Notes under the pieces: model-generated
What the model saw: only the letters and a program-made list of their open reading frames with translations
Told to the model about the DNA's origin: nothing
The model's database searches: none
Program-made: the position numbers and the translations under genes
Source of the DNA: the human T2T-CHM13v2.0 reference genome, Homo sapiens
Direction: 5' to 3' (one strand)
Assembly (NCBI RefSeq): GCF_009914755.1
Contig: NC_060934.1
Length of the DNA stretch: 64,000 nucleotides
Part shown: positions 27,497 to 39,653 of the stretch, one piece after another
Layout: each line of letters opens with the position of its first letter
Position numbering within the stretch: position 1 is the stretch's first letter

Positions 27497-28771
27497 GGAG
27501 CGTTTGCTTTCAGCTAACAAAGCTAGAAATGGTTTTAATATCAGCTAAGTGTTTGAACTTGTTAAGGATTTATTTCTCCACCTTCCGATTGCCATACATG
27601 CAGCCTCCGAGTTTCCACTAACAGCGAATAATGATCCAAATAAAGTTATTCTGAGGGAAAATATAGACAGACTGGTGCAGACAAGAGCTTTTGCCCAAAT
27701 AAGGATCCCTTTTGTGCAGACCCCATGTGTTAGATAACCATCAACTGACAGTTGCTCATGAGTTAATAATGTTGGATGCTGAAATATGCATACCATGTGC
27801 TATAAAAGAGTTTGGAGGACAAAGACAAATACTTCTATAGTTAGATATCAGAAACATACCAGAGGTGTGCAGATTGCTTCGTGGTACATAGGTTGAAACC
27901 GCCCAATCATTTCATCAAAATTAGTACAATATAAGTATGATACAGTAGAATGTATGATATTGATTGCATGTTTCATTGATGTTGCAGAAATTTTGGTCTA
28001 AGCCTTTCTGCATGTTACTGCCTTAAATGCTACAGCAACTACTGCCTTCTAAGAAAAGAAAATATTTCCTAAGCTTCTTTCTATAGCCACCATTGTTGCT
28101 CTTTTATTTTTACCATAGGAACCCATTTTACCATGTGTGTGCAGCCTTTTGATTGGCATGTAGTGTTTGGAGGGCTGTTAATGTCTAGTTAGGTTTCTGT
28201 GTTGCTGCTGCCACAGGAATCAAAAAGTGAGGAGGTGGAGGGAATCAGCTTTGATTTTGGCTACTATAACAAGTTGTTTGGGAGGATGGGACACAGGGCA
28301 AACTGAGCACCGGGCAGCCGCCTTCTCAGTGATGCCTGATGGTTTTTTGGTGCTAAGAATGATTGCGGAAAGAATGTTTCTCCTCCCTGCCCCCAGAGTT
28401 CAAACCTTTTTGTTCTGTTCAACTTTTCTGGGCTTATTGGAATGCCAGTCTTCAATGAATAATCTCATATTTTGTCATAAATGGGACCTGAAGCAGGTTG
28501 GCAAAGCCAATGAGGCTATGCCCCTGCATTTAGGCCTGACTGTAACTGACCTCTCTATTTATTCTCAGATGAAATGTCCAAAAAGTCAGACCATTAACTT
28601 ACTCAATAGTTGGAGATTAAGAAGTGTCTACTTCCAAGCAACTAAAATCACTCCAGCTCCATTTTCTCCTATTCAGTTTGTACTGGATGATGAAAATGGC
28701 TTACATTATACCCGACCCATATTGACAGCAGGAGAGAACAAGTCATGAAATAAATAATTAGCTAGTTCCTT

Positions 28772-28818
28772 CCCCTCTCTCTCTCCCTTCTCACTCTCTC
28801 TCTCTTTCTGTCTCTTCT
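28772..28818. repeat. (CT)n-rich pyrimidine tract
   Basis: Direct reading. Confidence 0.85.
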
Positions 28819-29207
28819 CCAGTCTGTTGTCAAAGCTTAACATTTACTTTGACATCTTAGTTAAGAAAGTTAATGAAATAACATCTTCATCAGGGCCATT
28901 TAGTAGCCTTGAGTCAATGATTACCAGATTTGAATTTTACAGAAGGGAGACCTCAGCTTAAGAAAAATTTTTAGATACTATTATAACATTATATATATAT
29001 ATGTGTGTAATGTGTATATATAACTATATATAACGTTTTTACATGACTACCCTCCATAACAGTGAATAAAATCTTAAATGTATTGAAACATTGAATCGTG
29101 ACTTTTGCTGATTATTCTAGCTTCAGATGTTAATCTTGTTCTGTCTGCTCCTTAACACATATTTCCAAGAACATATCTATAATCATAACATTGAATTATT
29201 GACTAAA

Positions 29208-29532
29208 CCAGCATCGCCCAAGAGAAAGATAATGTGAGCCACATGTAATTTAAAATATTCTAGTAACCACATTTTAAAAGGTAAAAAGAAACATGTGGAG
29301 TTAATTTTAATAATATATTTTATTTAACCCAGTATATTCAAAATATTATCATTTCAATATGCAATCAATATAAAATGTTATTAATGAGATATTTTACTTT
29401 TATTTTGTATTAAGTCTTGGAGATCCAGTGTGTATTTTACACTGCGGCACATCTCAATTTGGACTTGACATATAGTATTTCAGATACTCAAGGGACACGT
29501 GGCTAGCGGTGACTGTATCAGACACAGCAATT
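29208..29532. mobile_element. MER33-like hAT-Charlie element
   Basis: ataatgtgagccacatgtaatttaaaatattctagtaaccacatt...gcacatctcaatttggact...cacgtggctagcgg. Confidence 0.8.
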
Positions 29533-31277
29533 CTAAATAGTCATAGAAATGTTTTATCTTACAGTGAAAAATGTAAAGAAGCTGTAACCTCTTCTGGGTT
29601 CATTGTTAGCTTTACATTAGGGTTTCTGATGGTATCTGTGTGCTGTTTCTCTATAGTGTAACAAACCCTCCCTCCAATTGAGTGATCACTCTAGCTTGCC
29701 CCACGGCTTATAATCTGCCCTTAGTTAACATGTCACCAGGTATTATCAACCTTGTTGCTGCCTCTCCACGCCCACTCCAGGCCCCAAAGCTCTTCTCATT
29801 CTGTACCCTCACCCCACCCTGCTCCAAGACACACGCTCTTCTATACAATCTGTGAGTTTGCATGAGGTTCTTGGTACCACAGAAGAGTTTTTAAAGTCAT
29901 TTTCCAGTATCTTGGCTCTGGTACCTGCACAAACAAATGAAGCTCAGAGACCACTGAGGTACTTAGTTGGGGATGGTGCTGGTGCCCTCATAGGGAGGAA
30001 GGGTGAGAGGGATTTGCCTGAACAAAGAAAAATGTCTCCGAATCTCAGACAACCAAAAATAGTCATCTTTTTACTTTTAAGTAAAAGACTATCCTACTAT
30101 TCACATTATTCTTTCTGAAAGGTATAAAAGCACAAAGTGAGTGAAAAGCCCCCTTTCTGTACAAATTCCTTTTTGGATCTTTTTAAAAGAATTGGGAGCC
30201 TATCACTTGATAACTGTTTCTTATGTGTATGTCTTTTAAATATTAAAATGTATCCCATGACATACTCATCCAAGTATGTCATAAGTTAAATATCTCCATG
30301 TTAATCCACATACACACCAAAACAAAAACAAAAACAATCCATCTCTTTTACTTATTTCCAAGTGGGGAATGTTTTCTGTAGAGAGGTAGCAAATCAATTA
30401 TCCTCAATGATGAAATGGAATATCTCATTTCCAAACCTGGAGAAATGGCTGAACAAGAATGTCCTGTTTACAAATGAGTTTAAAAACTGTTCTGATATTT
30501 ACTGCTCTTACAAGGCTATTCAGTACAAAAATGTTGCTTTCACTTCTGTGCTGTCATGTTCAATAGTAACACCAAAGAACATATCAATCATAGACTAGAA
30601 CGAGCAGATTGATTGATTGTAACAAAAAGAAAAAAGAGAGAGACAAAAAATTAACTCTCTTTGTTTAAGAGGTTCTATCTGTACAACCTTCAGAAATTGT
30701 GGAAATCAAAATGTCCTTAAAACACATTTCCAGAGCAGATCCTTAAACAGCCTTAAGAAAAAAAGACAATTATCTTGTTAATATTATATTTGTATTATAT
30801 AGAACCATACCAAGAAAGACTAAATCTGTATTTATAGAAGAGTTTTCAAAAAATGAAAACAGGAGCTATTTCAAAGTCATAAGAAAAAAACACATAGTAT
30901 AGCATTGAAACAACATGCTTATTCTCATTGTAATAGCTTCTGTGCATGATCTCCATTGAGAGAGGAGCCTGGGGCCTGGAAATGGCTCGTGGACACCTGG
31001 CATCTGGAGAGATGAATAGGAGAAAGGAGTTGCCAGGTAAATGTGAAAGTGGGAGTTTGAGCCTTGATGGCATTTTGAGAGTCCACTTTTGGTTTTACTG
31101 AATTTGTGACTTGACAGGACCTTGCAGCTAGCTGGTGGGTGGCATGGGCTGAGAAAACAGACCCTTTGCGTGCAGTATCAGCTCCTAGATAGCACCACCG
31201 CCACACCCTTAGGTGTGAGCTAAGTCCTAAGATGTCCGCTCTGCCCTGATGTCTCTTTATAGAATATGTGGAATTCT

Positions 31278-31639
<362 letters not shown>

Positions 31640-33022
31640 CTAGGCTGTGGTCTTGTCCATGCTATGGTATATAGACCCCATTATCCCAAAGATGCATAGG
31701 CTCTTGCACAGCAGCCATGAGCTACCACGTCCACTTCTTACAAGGGGACCCTCCACCAAGAATGGTTTCCCCTGGAGGATATTGCAGACAGCCAAATAGA
31801 CCAGAGAGAAGGTGAGAGTTGGAAAGGTCTGGCATAGATTTCAATCTCTTTTCCTATTTCCAGAATTCTCCCCTTAGAGAGTCAATCCTCTGAAAAGCCA
31901 GACTGTCTCCTCACTCCTAGATTCAGCTCCCAGATTTTCCCCTTGTTTCTCAAGCAGTAGTGAAAAGCATCTATAATCCCTTTCTTCTTTGCCAGTGTGT
32001 TTGTGGACACCCCTATTATACAGACTTCTAGAACATTTTTATATTACGTTGGAATTCACTACATGATTTCAGAACAATATTTAAATAACGTGATCATTTA
32101 CATTTCTCCCTTGCCTCAAGACACAGTGGGGGAACAAAGATAGAAATCTGCCTATCACTGCTGGTAAAGCTGACTTCAAAAAAGGCTTGCTTGTGTTTTA
32201 ATGGCAAGAATGCATGGAGTCACATGCTTTCAAACCAATTAGCAATACAGATGAGCTAGGAAGTCCTGTTCCATTTATGGGTTGGGGGAAGGGTAGAAGT
32301 AAAATAATCTGTTTTTAAGTGTTTCTGAGAAATGAAGACCTCCAGGGCAGAGAGAGACAGCGGGATCAGGAAATAGCTATGCAAATCACATGCCTAAGAA
32401 ATTACTAAAACCTTGATCAGGAGCATTAATAATTACTCCAGCATTCACAAGTATGAAACAGAGTGAGTAAGACTGGGCATGTATTGGAATGGATTACAAA
32501 AGTGTTTACTTACATGGTTTGTTGAGCAGTCAATGAAGTCCATGGCTGTTTTGGACTTAAACTGCCCAAGCAATCCAGGTATAGCAAAGGCAGTAATACA
32601 TTACTCTCATTGTTGACTCTTGGGGCTCTCAATGATTTTGACAAAGAGGCAAAGTGACGACCTCATATGAAGCCAGCTTCTTTTTTTTTTTTTTTAAATG
32701 TTCTTTCTAACACCACAACTGCTCACCCTTCCAGGAGGAAGAACAAGCACTTGGATTCTGTGAGAGCAGAGTTCATTGGAAATGCTAAATTGTAGTTTGT
32801 GGTTCAAGCAGTGTAGGGGTATGACTTGGGCAAAAGCACACTTGGAAACTCAAAGTCCAGGTCTTTATATCGCATGATATCCAGTGTGATGAGTGTAAAA
32901 TTTCTCTAGGGCACATCCATCCATTAGTGATTGGGGTTGTCTGCTCTTGATGACATTTGAACATGAAAAGTGTTTAAATCTGGCTCTAGAATTTGGGTTC
33001 CAGACTCTGGGTTCATTTGCTC

Positions 33023-33304
33023 TTTTTTTTTTTTTTTTTTTTAAGAGACAAGGTCTCACTCTGTCACCCAGGCTGGAGAGCAGTGGCACAGTCTAGGCTC
33101 ACTGCAGCCTCAAACTGCTGAACTCAAATAATCATCTCACCTCAGCCTCCCAACTAGCTAGGACTACAGGCACATGCCACCACACCCAACTAATTTTCGT
33201 AGAAACAGGGGTCTCATTACATTGCCCAAGCTGGTCTCAAGTTCCCGGTCAAGCAATATTCCCACCTCCCAAAGTGCTGGGATTACAGTCATGAGCCACC
33301 ACCA
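33023..33304 (-). mobile_element. AluJ-type
   Basis: gagacaaggtctcact, gctcactgcagcctcaaac J-type diagnostics; diverged. Confidence 0.92.
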
Positions 33305-34030
33305 GGGCTTCATCTTTTTAATGCCTTTATCTGAGAAAAAATAATTACTCTGAAGAGGAAACTGTCAGAACAATTGCCAAATAATGAAACTTTTGCAGTA
33401 TTGTGTTTCCATATCTATTGTTCAAAATTCATCATCAGAGTTAGAACGTCGCGCAGGATCAAGTTGTGCTTGTCAATGGCCCAGTGTGTTTATATCTCAT
33501 ACAATGCAATTGCTTCTCAGGCATTTCTGTTGGGTGTGGAAGACTGATTTTGGGAAAACAGAATGAAAATAAACTTGAATATTTCCTAAATTCGTATGTG
33601 ATCAGTGTTTTGTGAATTTGTAGAAAGATTCAAACAATTGAATAGAAATTTAATACCAATGGTCACTATATGAAATATAACTGTGGATTTGAAATAAAAA
33701 TTTCAGGGACTTATTTATGAATTTTTAAATATTGGCTTTAAGTTAAAGCCAAAATGAGGTCTGAGAGCTTCTAGTTTTCTTTTGTTCCCCCACATATTTG
33801 AAAACTGAAATTCTGTAAGAGATTATCTGTGAAATGCCTTTCTTTTATTACACCCATAAATTTTAGGAGTGGCTTTGATCAAGCCTTCTGCCATTCTTGG
33901 TTTCTAAGTCTTTTACTCATACGTTAATAACTTTAAAAACATTCGTTCTATTTTTGTTGTAATGAAAGAGGAAGTTTCCAAATAGTTAAAAGGGAAACAT
34001 TGAAAATAGAACACAGTAAATGATAACTAA

Positions 34031-34366
<336 letters not shown>

Positions 34367-35635
34367 AGTATTTTAAGATTATTGTCTGAAAAGAAAATGT
34401 GCCAGAGAATTGATATCCTCAGAGGAAAAGCATTACAGAAATGCAGGGTATTATCAGTAACGCATACTATACATAGAACAATGTTTGTCTTCCCTAATAC
34501 TGTGATCAGTGGAGTTTTGTTTTCTGGCTCGTGTTTAAAAGACACACGCAACTTGCAAATCGAATGAGTTAACGCTCCGCCGACTTCTCTAGACATTGAC
34601 CTCGGGGGTCAAACTCTTAGAAAAATTGTGCTGGTTTTCCATTCCCCTGATTCCAGTCCCTACCAACAAGTAAATCCTATCTCTGAGTGGAAGCTCACAA
34701 AGAATTTCTCGAGAGAATATGTAGCTGTGTTGGCAACAAGTCTCTCTGCAAAATGGGAAGGAAGAGTTGTTAACTGATGAGTCAATCCAGCTTTTATAGC
34801 AGTTTATCTATCTTCGTGGTATTTCCAAGAGCATAAATGCTATTAAAAAAAAGAGACGGTCATGACAGGAAGAACACAGTAGAAAAAAACAGGAACATTT
34901 AAGCCAAAAGCAATTTACTTTGCCAGTAACTGGTTACATTTCCCTTTGTTTTATTATTATTATTGCAAGAGTTGGGGTTGACATAAAAGTTTCCCACACC
35001 TGCACTGCCCTGCCATGTAACTTGTGTGAACCCGTAGTGAAATAAATATATAAACAAATTGTCTGCAACTCAGCTTCTAGACCCTTTAAGAAAAACAAAC
35101 TTGTTTTGCTATATTGTTGAGAAAATAGACTATAATTCATTAATATTTGAAGGAGTTTAAAAAGAAAAAACAAACATGGGTTAGCTGTCAGAGTAGCCTG
35201 GAGCTCTGGAGGTAGCTTGATTCTCTGAGGATTAACACCTATAGAAATAGCAGTGACTTCACAAAGGTGAATAGTTGTTAATTTCTTGGCACTGAGTAAG
35301 AGGAACAGATGGGCAGTCAGAGGGGAAAGATTTTTTTTTTAAACCACAGAGATCTTTCACTGATTAGGCAGAAGAGTCAGTGGCCCACTGGTTAAGGAGG
35401 GTAATATGTAGGGCTCTCTGACTAAGTTTTATTGGCCTTAGTGGGAGTCTTGCCACCTACTGCTGGGTCAAGACTAAAGGGGACCCCACTCGCTGTCAAT
35501 TCTGTCGGACAGTGTTTCCTGTCTGGGGTGGGCTGCAGCACCCTCGTGCTATGTAGTACTTGAGTGTTTTCATTTGCGGAGAGCTCCCTGGTGACTGCCA
35601 GCCCAAGTTAGTATGAATACTTCATTTTGAGGCAA

Positions 35636-35642
35636 TGTGTGT

Positions 35643-35681
<39 letters not shown>

Positions 35682-35696
35682 TGTGTGTGTGTCTGT
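35636..35696. repeat. (TG)n microsatellite with TC interruptions
   Basis: Direct reading. Confidence 0.95.
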
Positions 35697-35704
35697 TAGA
35701 GATA

Positions 35705-35958
35705 AGTTGCTTAAAGCAGGGGCTCTGGATAAAGTCCAGTTGCCTGTGTTGAAATCCTTCTGCTGCCAGTAACCATTTGTATGGTCTGAGACAAGTAATT
35801 TCATCTCTGTCTCAGTTTCCTGGTCTGTAAGATGGGGATAAGGATCATGCCTTCCTCTTTGGCTTGCTGTGAGTTTTAGTGGAATTATTGTATGCAAAGC
35901 ACTCAGAAGAGTGACTTGTACAGAGAAAGTGCTCAGAAATGGTTAGCTACTATTATTA
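35705..35958 (+). mobile_element. Near full-length MIR
   Basis: ctctgtctcagtttcctggtctgtaagatggggataa...aaagcactcagaa...gttagctactattatt. Confidence 0.85.
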
Positions 35959-36864
35959 TTCACTTAGCTACTCTTATTATTCATGTATAATACTGAAAAC
36001 ATTCATGCAAAGAGCATTTACTGAACTCTGTGATAAGCCAGGCCAGTGAATCATATACACACGTAAAAGTAACAGTACGTCTATTGCTTTGCACTGTTTT
36101 TTTTCTAATAAAACTGACTGAAGCCAGATATGCTATCAGTAAGGGTACTGCTCTCTCCCTAGCAGAGCTTTTTCTTGGTAGAGATCAGTCTCACCTAAAG
36201 AACAAGAGCTGGTCTAATTCTGGAGTCTTAGGATTTAGGTTCTGTCAGTAAGTACATAGCACTGAGCTTTCAAGGAGAGGGCAGGTGTAGGTCCTTGCAG
36301 GGTGGCTGGAAGGAGGTGGGGCTGTCTCTTACATGAGTGAATTAAAGTCCGCAGACCCATCCCACTCCTGCCCACCAGCACACCATAATGCACCTGTTTT
36401 CACTCACTGACCTAGCAAATGACAGATTATGACTCTAGAGGGACAAAGATGTGGCCTGGGGACCAGAATTTTTGCTGTCCCCAAAGCCAGTCCTTCAATA
36501 CCAAAACTTTACCTGGAGTCTTCTGAATCCAAAAGGTCTCTGATTCGATTGCAGAGGCACCTACCCAGTCCTTTGTGTTCCATTCCCCCCACCCCGTACT
36601 TTGAATATTTGTGCTCTTCAGGGTGTTTGTGCATTGCATGTGGGGACTAGATTATAGCCTTACTGAGATACCAAAGGCCTTTGGTTTCCTGTCTCCATTC
36701 CCAGTGCAAACTCAAGTCACCAGTTTATGTTTCCAGAGCATAAGCATAAGTAGTAAAGGTGAATGCAGTTTTACAAGTGCCCAGTGTGACAAGTATACCA
36801 CGTGTGAGGTTGGCGGGACCAGTCTATGAGGACAGGAAAGAACAGTATGTGGGCATCTTTATTT

Positions 36865-37150
36865 CCATTAGTCACTTTTTCATTCAACAAATACATGTTA
36901 TGCAATGCAGCCTTTTGGGTGTTGTGCTGGGCAGATAAAAGACACATCCCACAGGGTCTTGCCCTTAAGGATTCTCCAGTCTGGTATAATAATATGCCAA
37001 AAACCACAGCTAAAGTACAAGGAGTACAGTGATATGTTCCATAAGAGAAGGAGGGAAAAAAAGTTCAGAGGGGAGAGTAGGAGAGGAATTTGATTTTGAG
37101 TCCTGAATGACTGGTAGGATTTGCCTAACCATACCTGAAATACGCAAGTA
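36865..37150 (-). mobile_element. L2 fragment
   Basis: ttcattcaacaaatac...gcccttaaggattctccagtctggt...ttgagtcctgaatgactggtagga. Confidence 0.6.
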
Positions 37151-37349
37151 CTTGCCTTATTAAGAACAAAGGGCTTTTTCTCTTGATCAAATCCCATTTA
37201 GAGTTTACGTTTGTGTGACCAGAATATTAGGTGCTAGTCTGTTCTAAATTTGTAATTCTCAGAATCTGCTGGGGGAGTACATGTGCTTCTCTGGGTTCTG
37301 AAAACAGCTCAAAGAATGGAGAAAATAAACCCAGTTTGGGGATGACTTC

Positions 37350-38136
37350 TTGTCAGTTCCCGGAACCTTTGCCTTTATTTAAAAACAGCATGTTCGATGC
37401 AAGTTCTGTCGAAAAGGCCTTTGGGATTTGAAAGCTTTTCTAGAAATAAATGCCTTTTAGGTCTAAGTGCTTTTCACCAAAATGCTAGGAAGGGAAGATC
37501 ATAGTAACAAGTCTTAGAACAGAGGGGATATTGTTTTGTTTGTTTTAATGAAATGCCTGCGACCTGCTACCCCAAGTTTTGTTTGTCAGCTTTCTGCTCA
37601 GCTGTTATTTTGATAAGGGACTTGAAAGTACATCCTTCCCTCGCGGTCATTAAAGTCTTAGCACTTGGGTCAGTTGTGGAAACACTTCTGTGCTACACAA
37701 AGTCTTCTAAACAAAACAAATAGTCCATGCCCTGGCTCCAGGCTGCGGACCGTGTCAAATTCATGGAACGTGGCATCGTGCTCTGACAAGGAGAGCAAGA
37801 GGTCAGGATCCACAAAACAGGCCGGATGAAATCACCATCTCCGTGCGGGGAGGTGGAGAGAGCAGAGCCCTCCCTGCCAGTCTGGCAACTCCAGCAAAGT
37901 CCTCAGGCTCATCCCACACACTCGGTGCTAGTCACTGCTGTGTGTTTACATGAGTAATGGAGCTGCCGGGGGAGGGGAGTTGTAAGCAGAGCGCTGAGCC
38001 TCGCAGCTCGCATTCGGAGGGAAGCTGACATCCACACCAAGTCGAGACTTCCAGGGTTGTGGCCGGGGAGCAGTCACATGCTGTAGCTTTCATGAGCACA
38101 GGCATCAGTCAGGCAGATGTTTGTCGACTGGAATGG
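37350..38136 (+). promoter_or_regulatory. ARID5B: Internal alternative promoter and 5'UTR/first exon of the short ARID5B isoform (TSS not determinable from sequence)
   Basis: Local GC/CpG enrichment at about 37740-38130 in an AT-rich intron; G-rich GGGGGAGGGG box, TGTTTAC forkhead site, GTCACATG E-box; exon ends ggaATGG|gtaatc. Confidence 0.85.
38133..38136 (+). CDS. ARID5B: Short-isoform coding start (ATG + G of Ala codon) at end of alternative first exon
   Basis: ggaATGG in strong Kozak context, donor GT at 38137; G + CG of next exon gives M-A-P-N-L-K-G-R-P-R, the known short-isoform N-terminus. Confidence 0.9.
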
Positions 38137-39540
38137 GTAATCGCTACTTTCTCTTTGCTTGATTTTTGTTTGTGAGCTTGTTTACCTTTGGTAATTCCAG
38201 GCTGGCTTTCTGGGATGGACTTTCAGACCAGCGTTTAGGGGAATGAGAGGAGAGAGCGGGTGTGGGAAGGGGATCCTAAGCCCTAAAGCCTCTTTTTAAA
38301 CTTTTGCCTCTCTGATTTTAAAGGCAGTTCTGCTTTACTGAGCTTCCACCAACAGTAAAACTGTTATCCGGAGGAGAAAATCAAATTAGTAGGATTAATT
38401 GTGTTTGTAAAATGAGTACAGTGTAAAAATGTCCTAAAACCACTGGTTAACTGCCTAAGTAAGATTAACAACAATCAAGAAGGTTCATGTTGTTTAGATT
38501 TGACATTGTCATAATCACTCCTTAAGTAATAAAAAGTGTGGGTGCCTTGAAAGGTCTGAAGGAAATTGTTTAGGGTATAATTCATTAGCTTGGAGTCATT
38601 CTAGGGGTGGTTGGTTAGTTGGTTGTTTTTAATTTTGCTTGACTTGGGTGACTGATGAAGTTAAATGTGAAAGCTGATGCCGGATAGTCATAGCTCTCAA
38701 TAAACAGCAGCCTTTTCCCCCTACTTTCTGTGTAGATCTTAAAAGGAACAAGCTCAGCATCAAGGATGAAATAGAACTTTGATTTGTATCTTGTCTTTTC
38801 AAAAGTGTAACCCCCATGGAATCAGGCTAACCCCAGTGTAATCTTTGGATGTTATATTAAATAAGCCTTAAGATCTTCATAAAAATATATTGAAAAGGAA
38901 AAGACAGCATGCTGATTTAAATGTATCTGTCAGATTTGTTGAGATTTGAAACTTGCTGGTTGCAGTATTGTTAGTAAATATATGTAATAATGTTTTCCAG
39001 CTTGCTGTTGTGAATGCCCCTCTCTCTATAGCTATCTCTCTACTTATCTGTATGGTAATTTGAGAGAATGCCCTTGTCTCTGAATATTTTGTAAAAGAGA
39101 TGTTTTCAAACATTTCATTACTATGATACCATAAGGGCAGGCATGTCACTTAGGTTTCGGAAAGCAAGATACAAAACAAAAACCAAAGATTGAGCTCAAA
39201 GCCTGGCTCAGTTTTTCAGCACCAAATGCTTCTTGTCTAACAACGTGGAAGGACATTTTTCTTATCATGATCCTTTAGAGCTAAGAGCTTCGTGTTACTT
39301 CTATTAATTAGACATGTTAAAGCTAAATAGATTAGCTTTGGGAAATGTGTACAGAAATGTATACTCTACCAATATGCAAGCCTTCAGAGAGAGAAGCATG
39401 TAATAATGAGGGCTGCCTGCCACAGATCTGTACATTTCTCTGAACAATTAGAAGGGATCACTGTAGTGAGATTCTGGGTCTTTAATAAAGAAACCCATGC
39501 AAGTGAAAATGTATATCAATTGTTTTCCATTTGTTTTCAG

Positions 39541-39653
39541 CGCCAAATCTTAAAGGCAGACCACGCAAAAAGAAACCATGCCCACAAAGAAGAGATTCAT
39601 TCAGTGGTGTTAAGGATTCCAACAACAATTCCGATGGCAAAGCCGTTGCCAAG
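39541..39653 (+). CDS. ARID5B: ARID5B coding exon (exon 5 of long isoform), 113 bp: (A)PNLKGRPRKKKPCPQRRDSFSGVKDSNNNSDGKAVAK
   Basis: Acceptor ttgttttcag| and donor AAG|gtacgg; phase 1 in, phase 0 out; ORF track 39531..39764. Confidence 0.97.

Noticed and set aside
28227-28748. 173-aa ORF in unique sequence
   Set aside because: Non-ATG start, no recognisable domain or exon structure; compatible with chance in 64 kb over six frames
35450-35463. Second CTCF-like motif (reverse strand GCAGTAGGTGGCAA)
   Set aside because: Mismatch at a key core position; too weak to call without ChIP data
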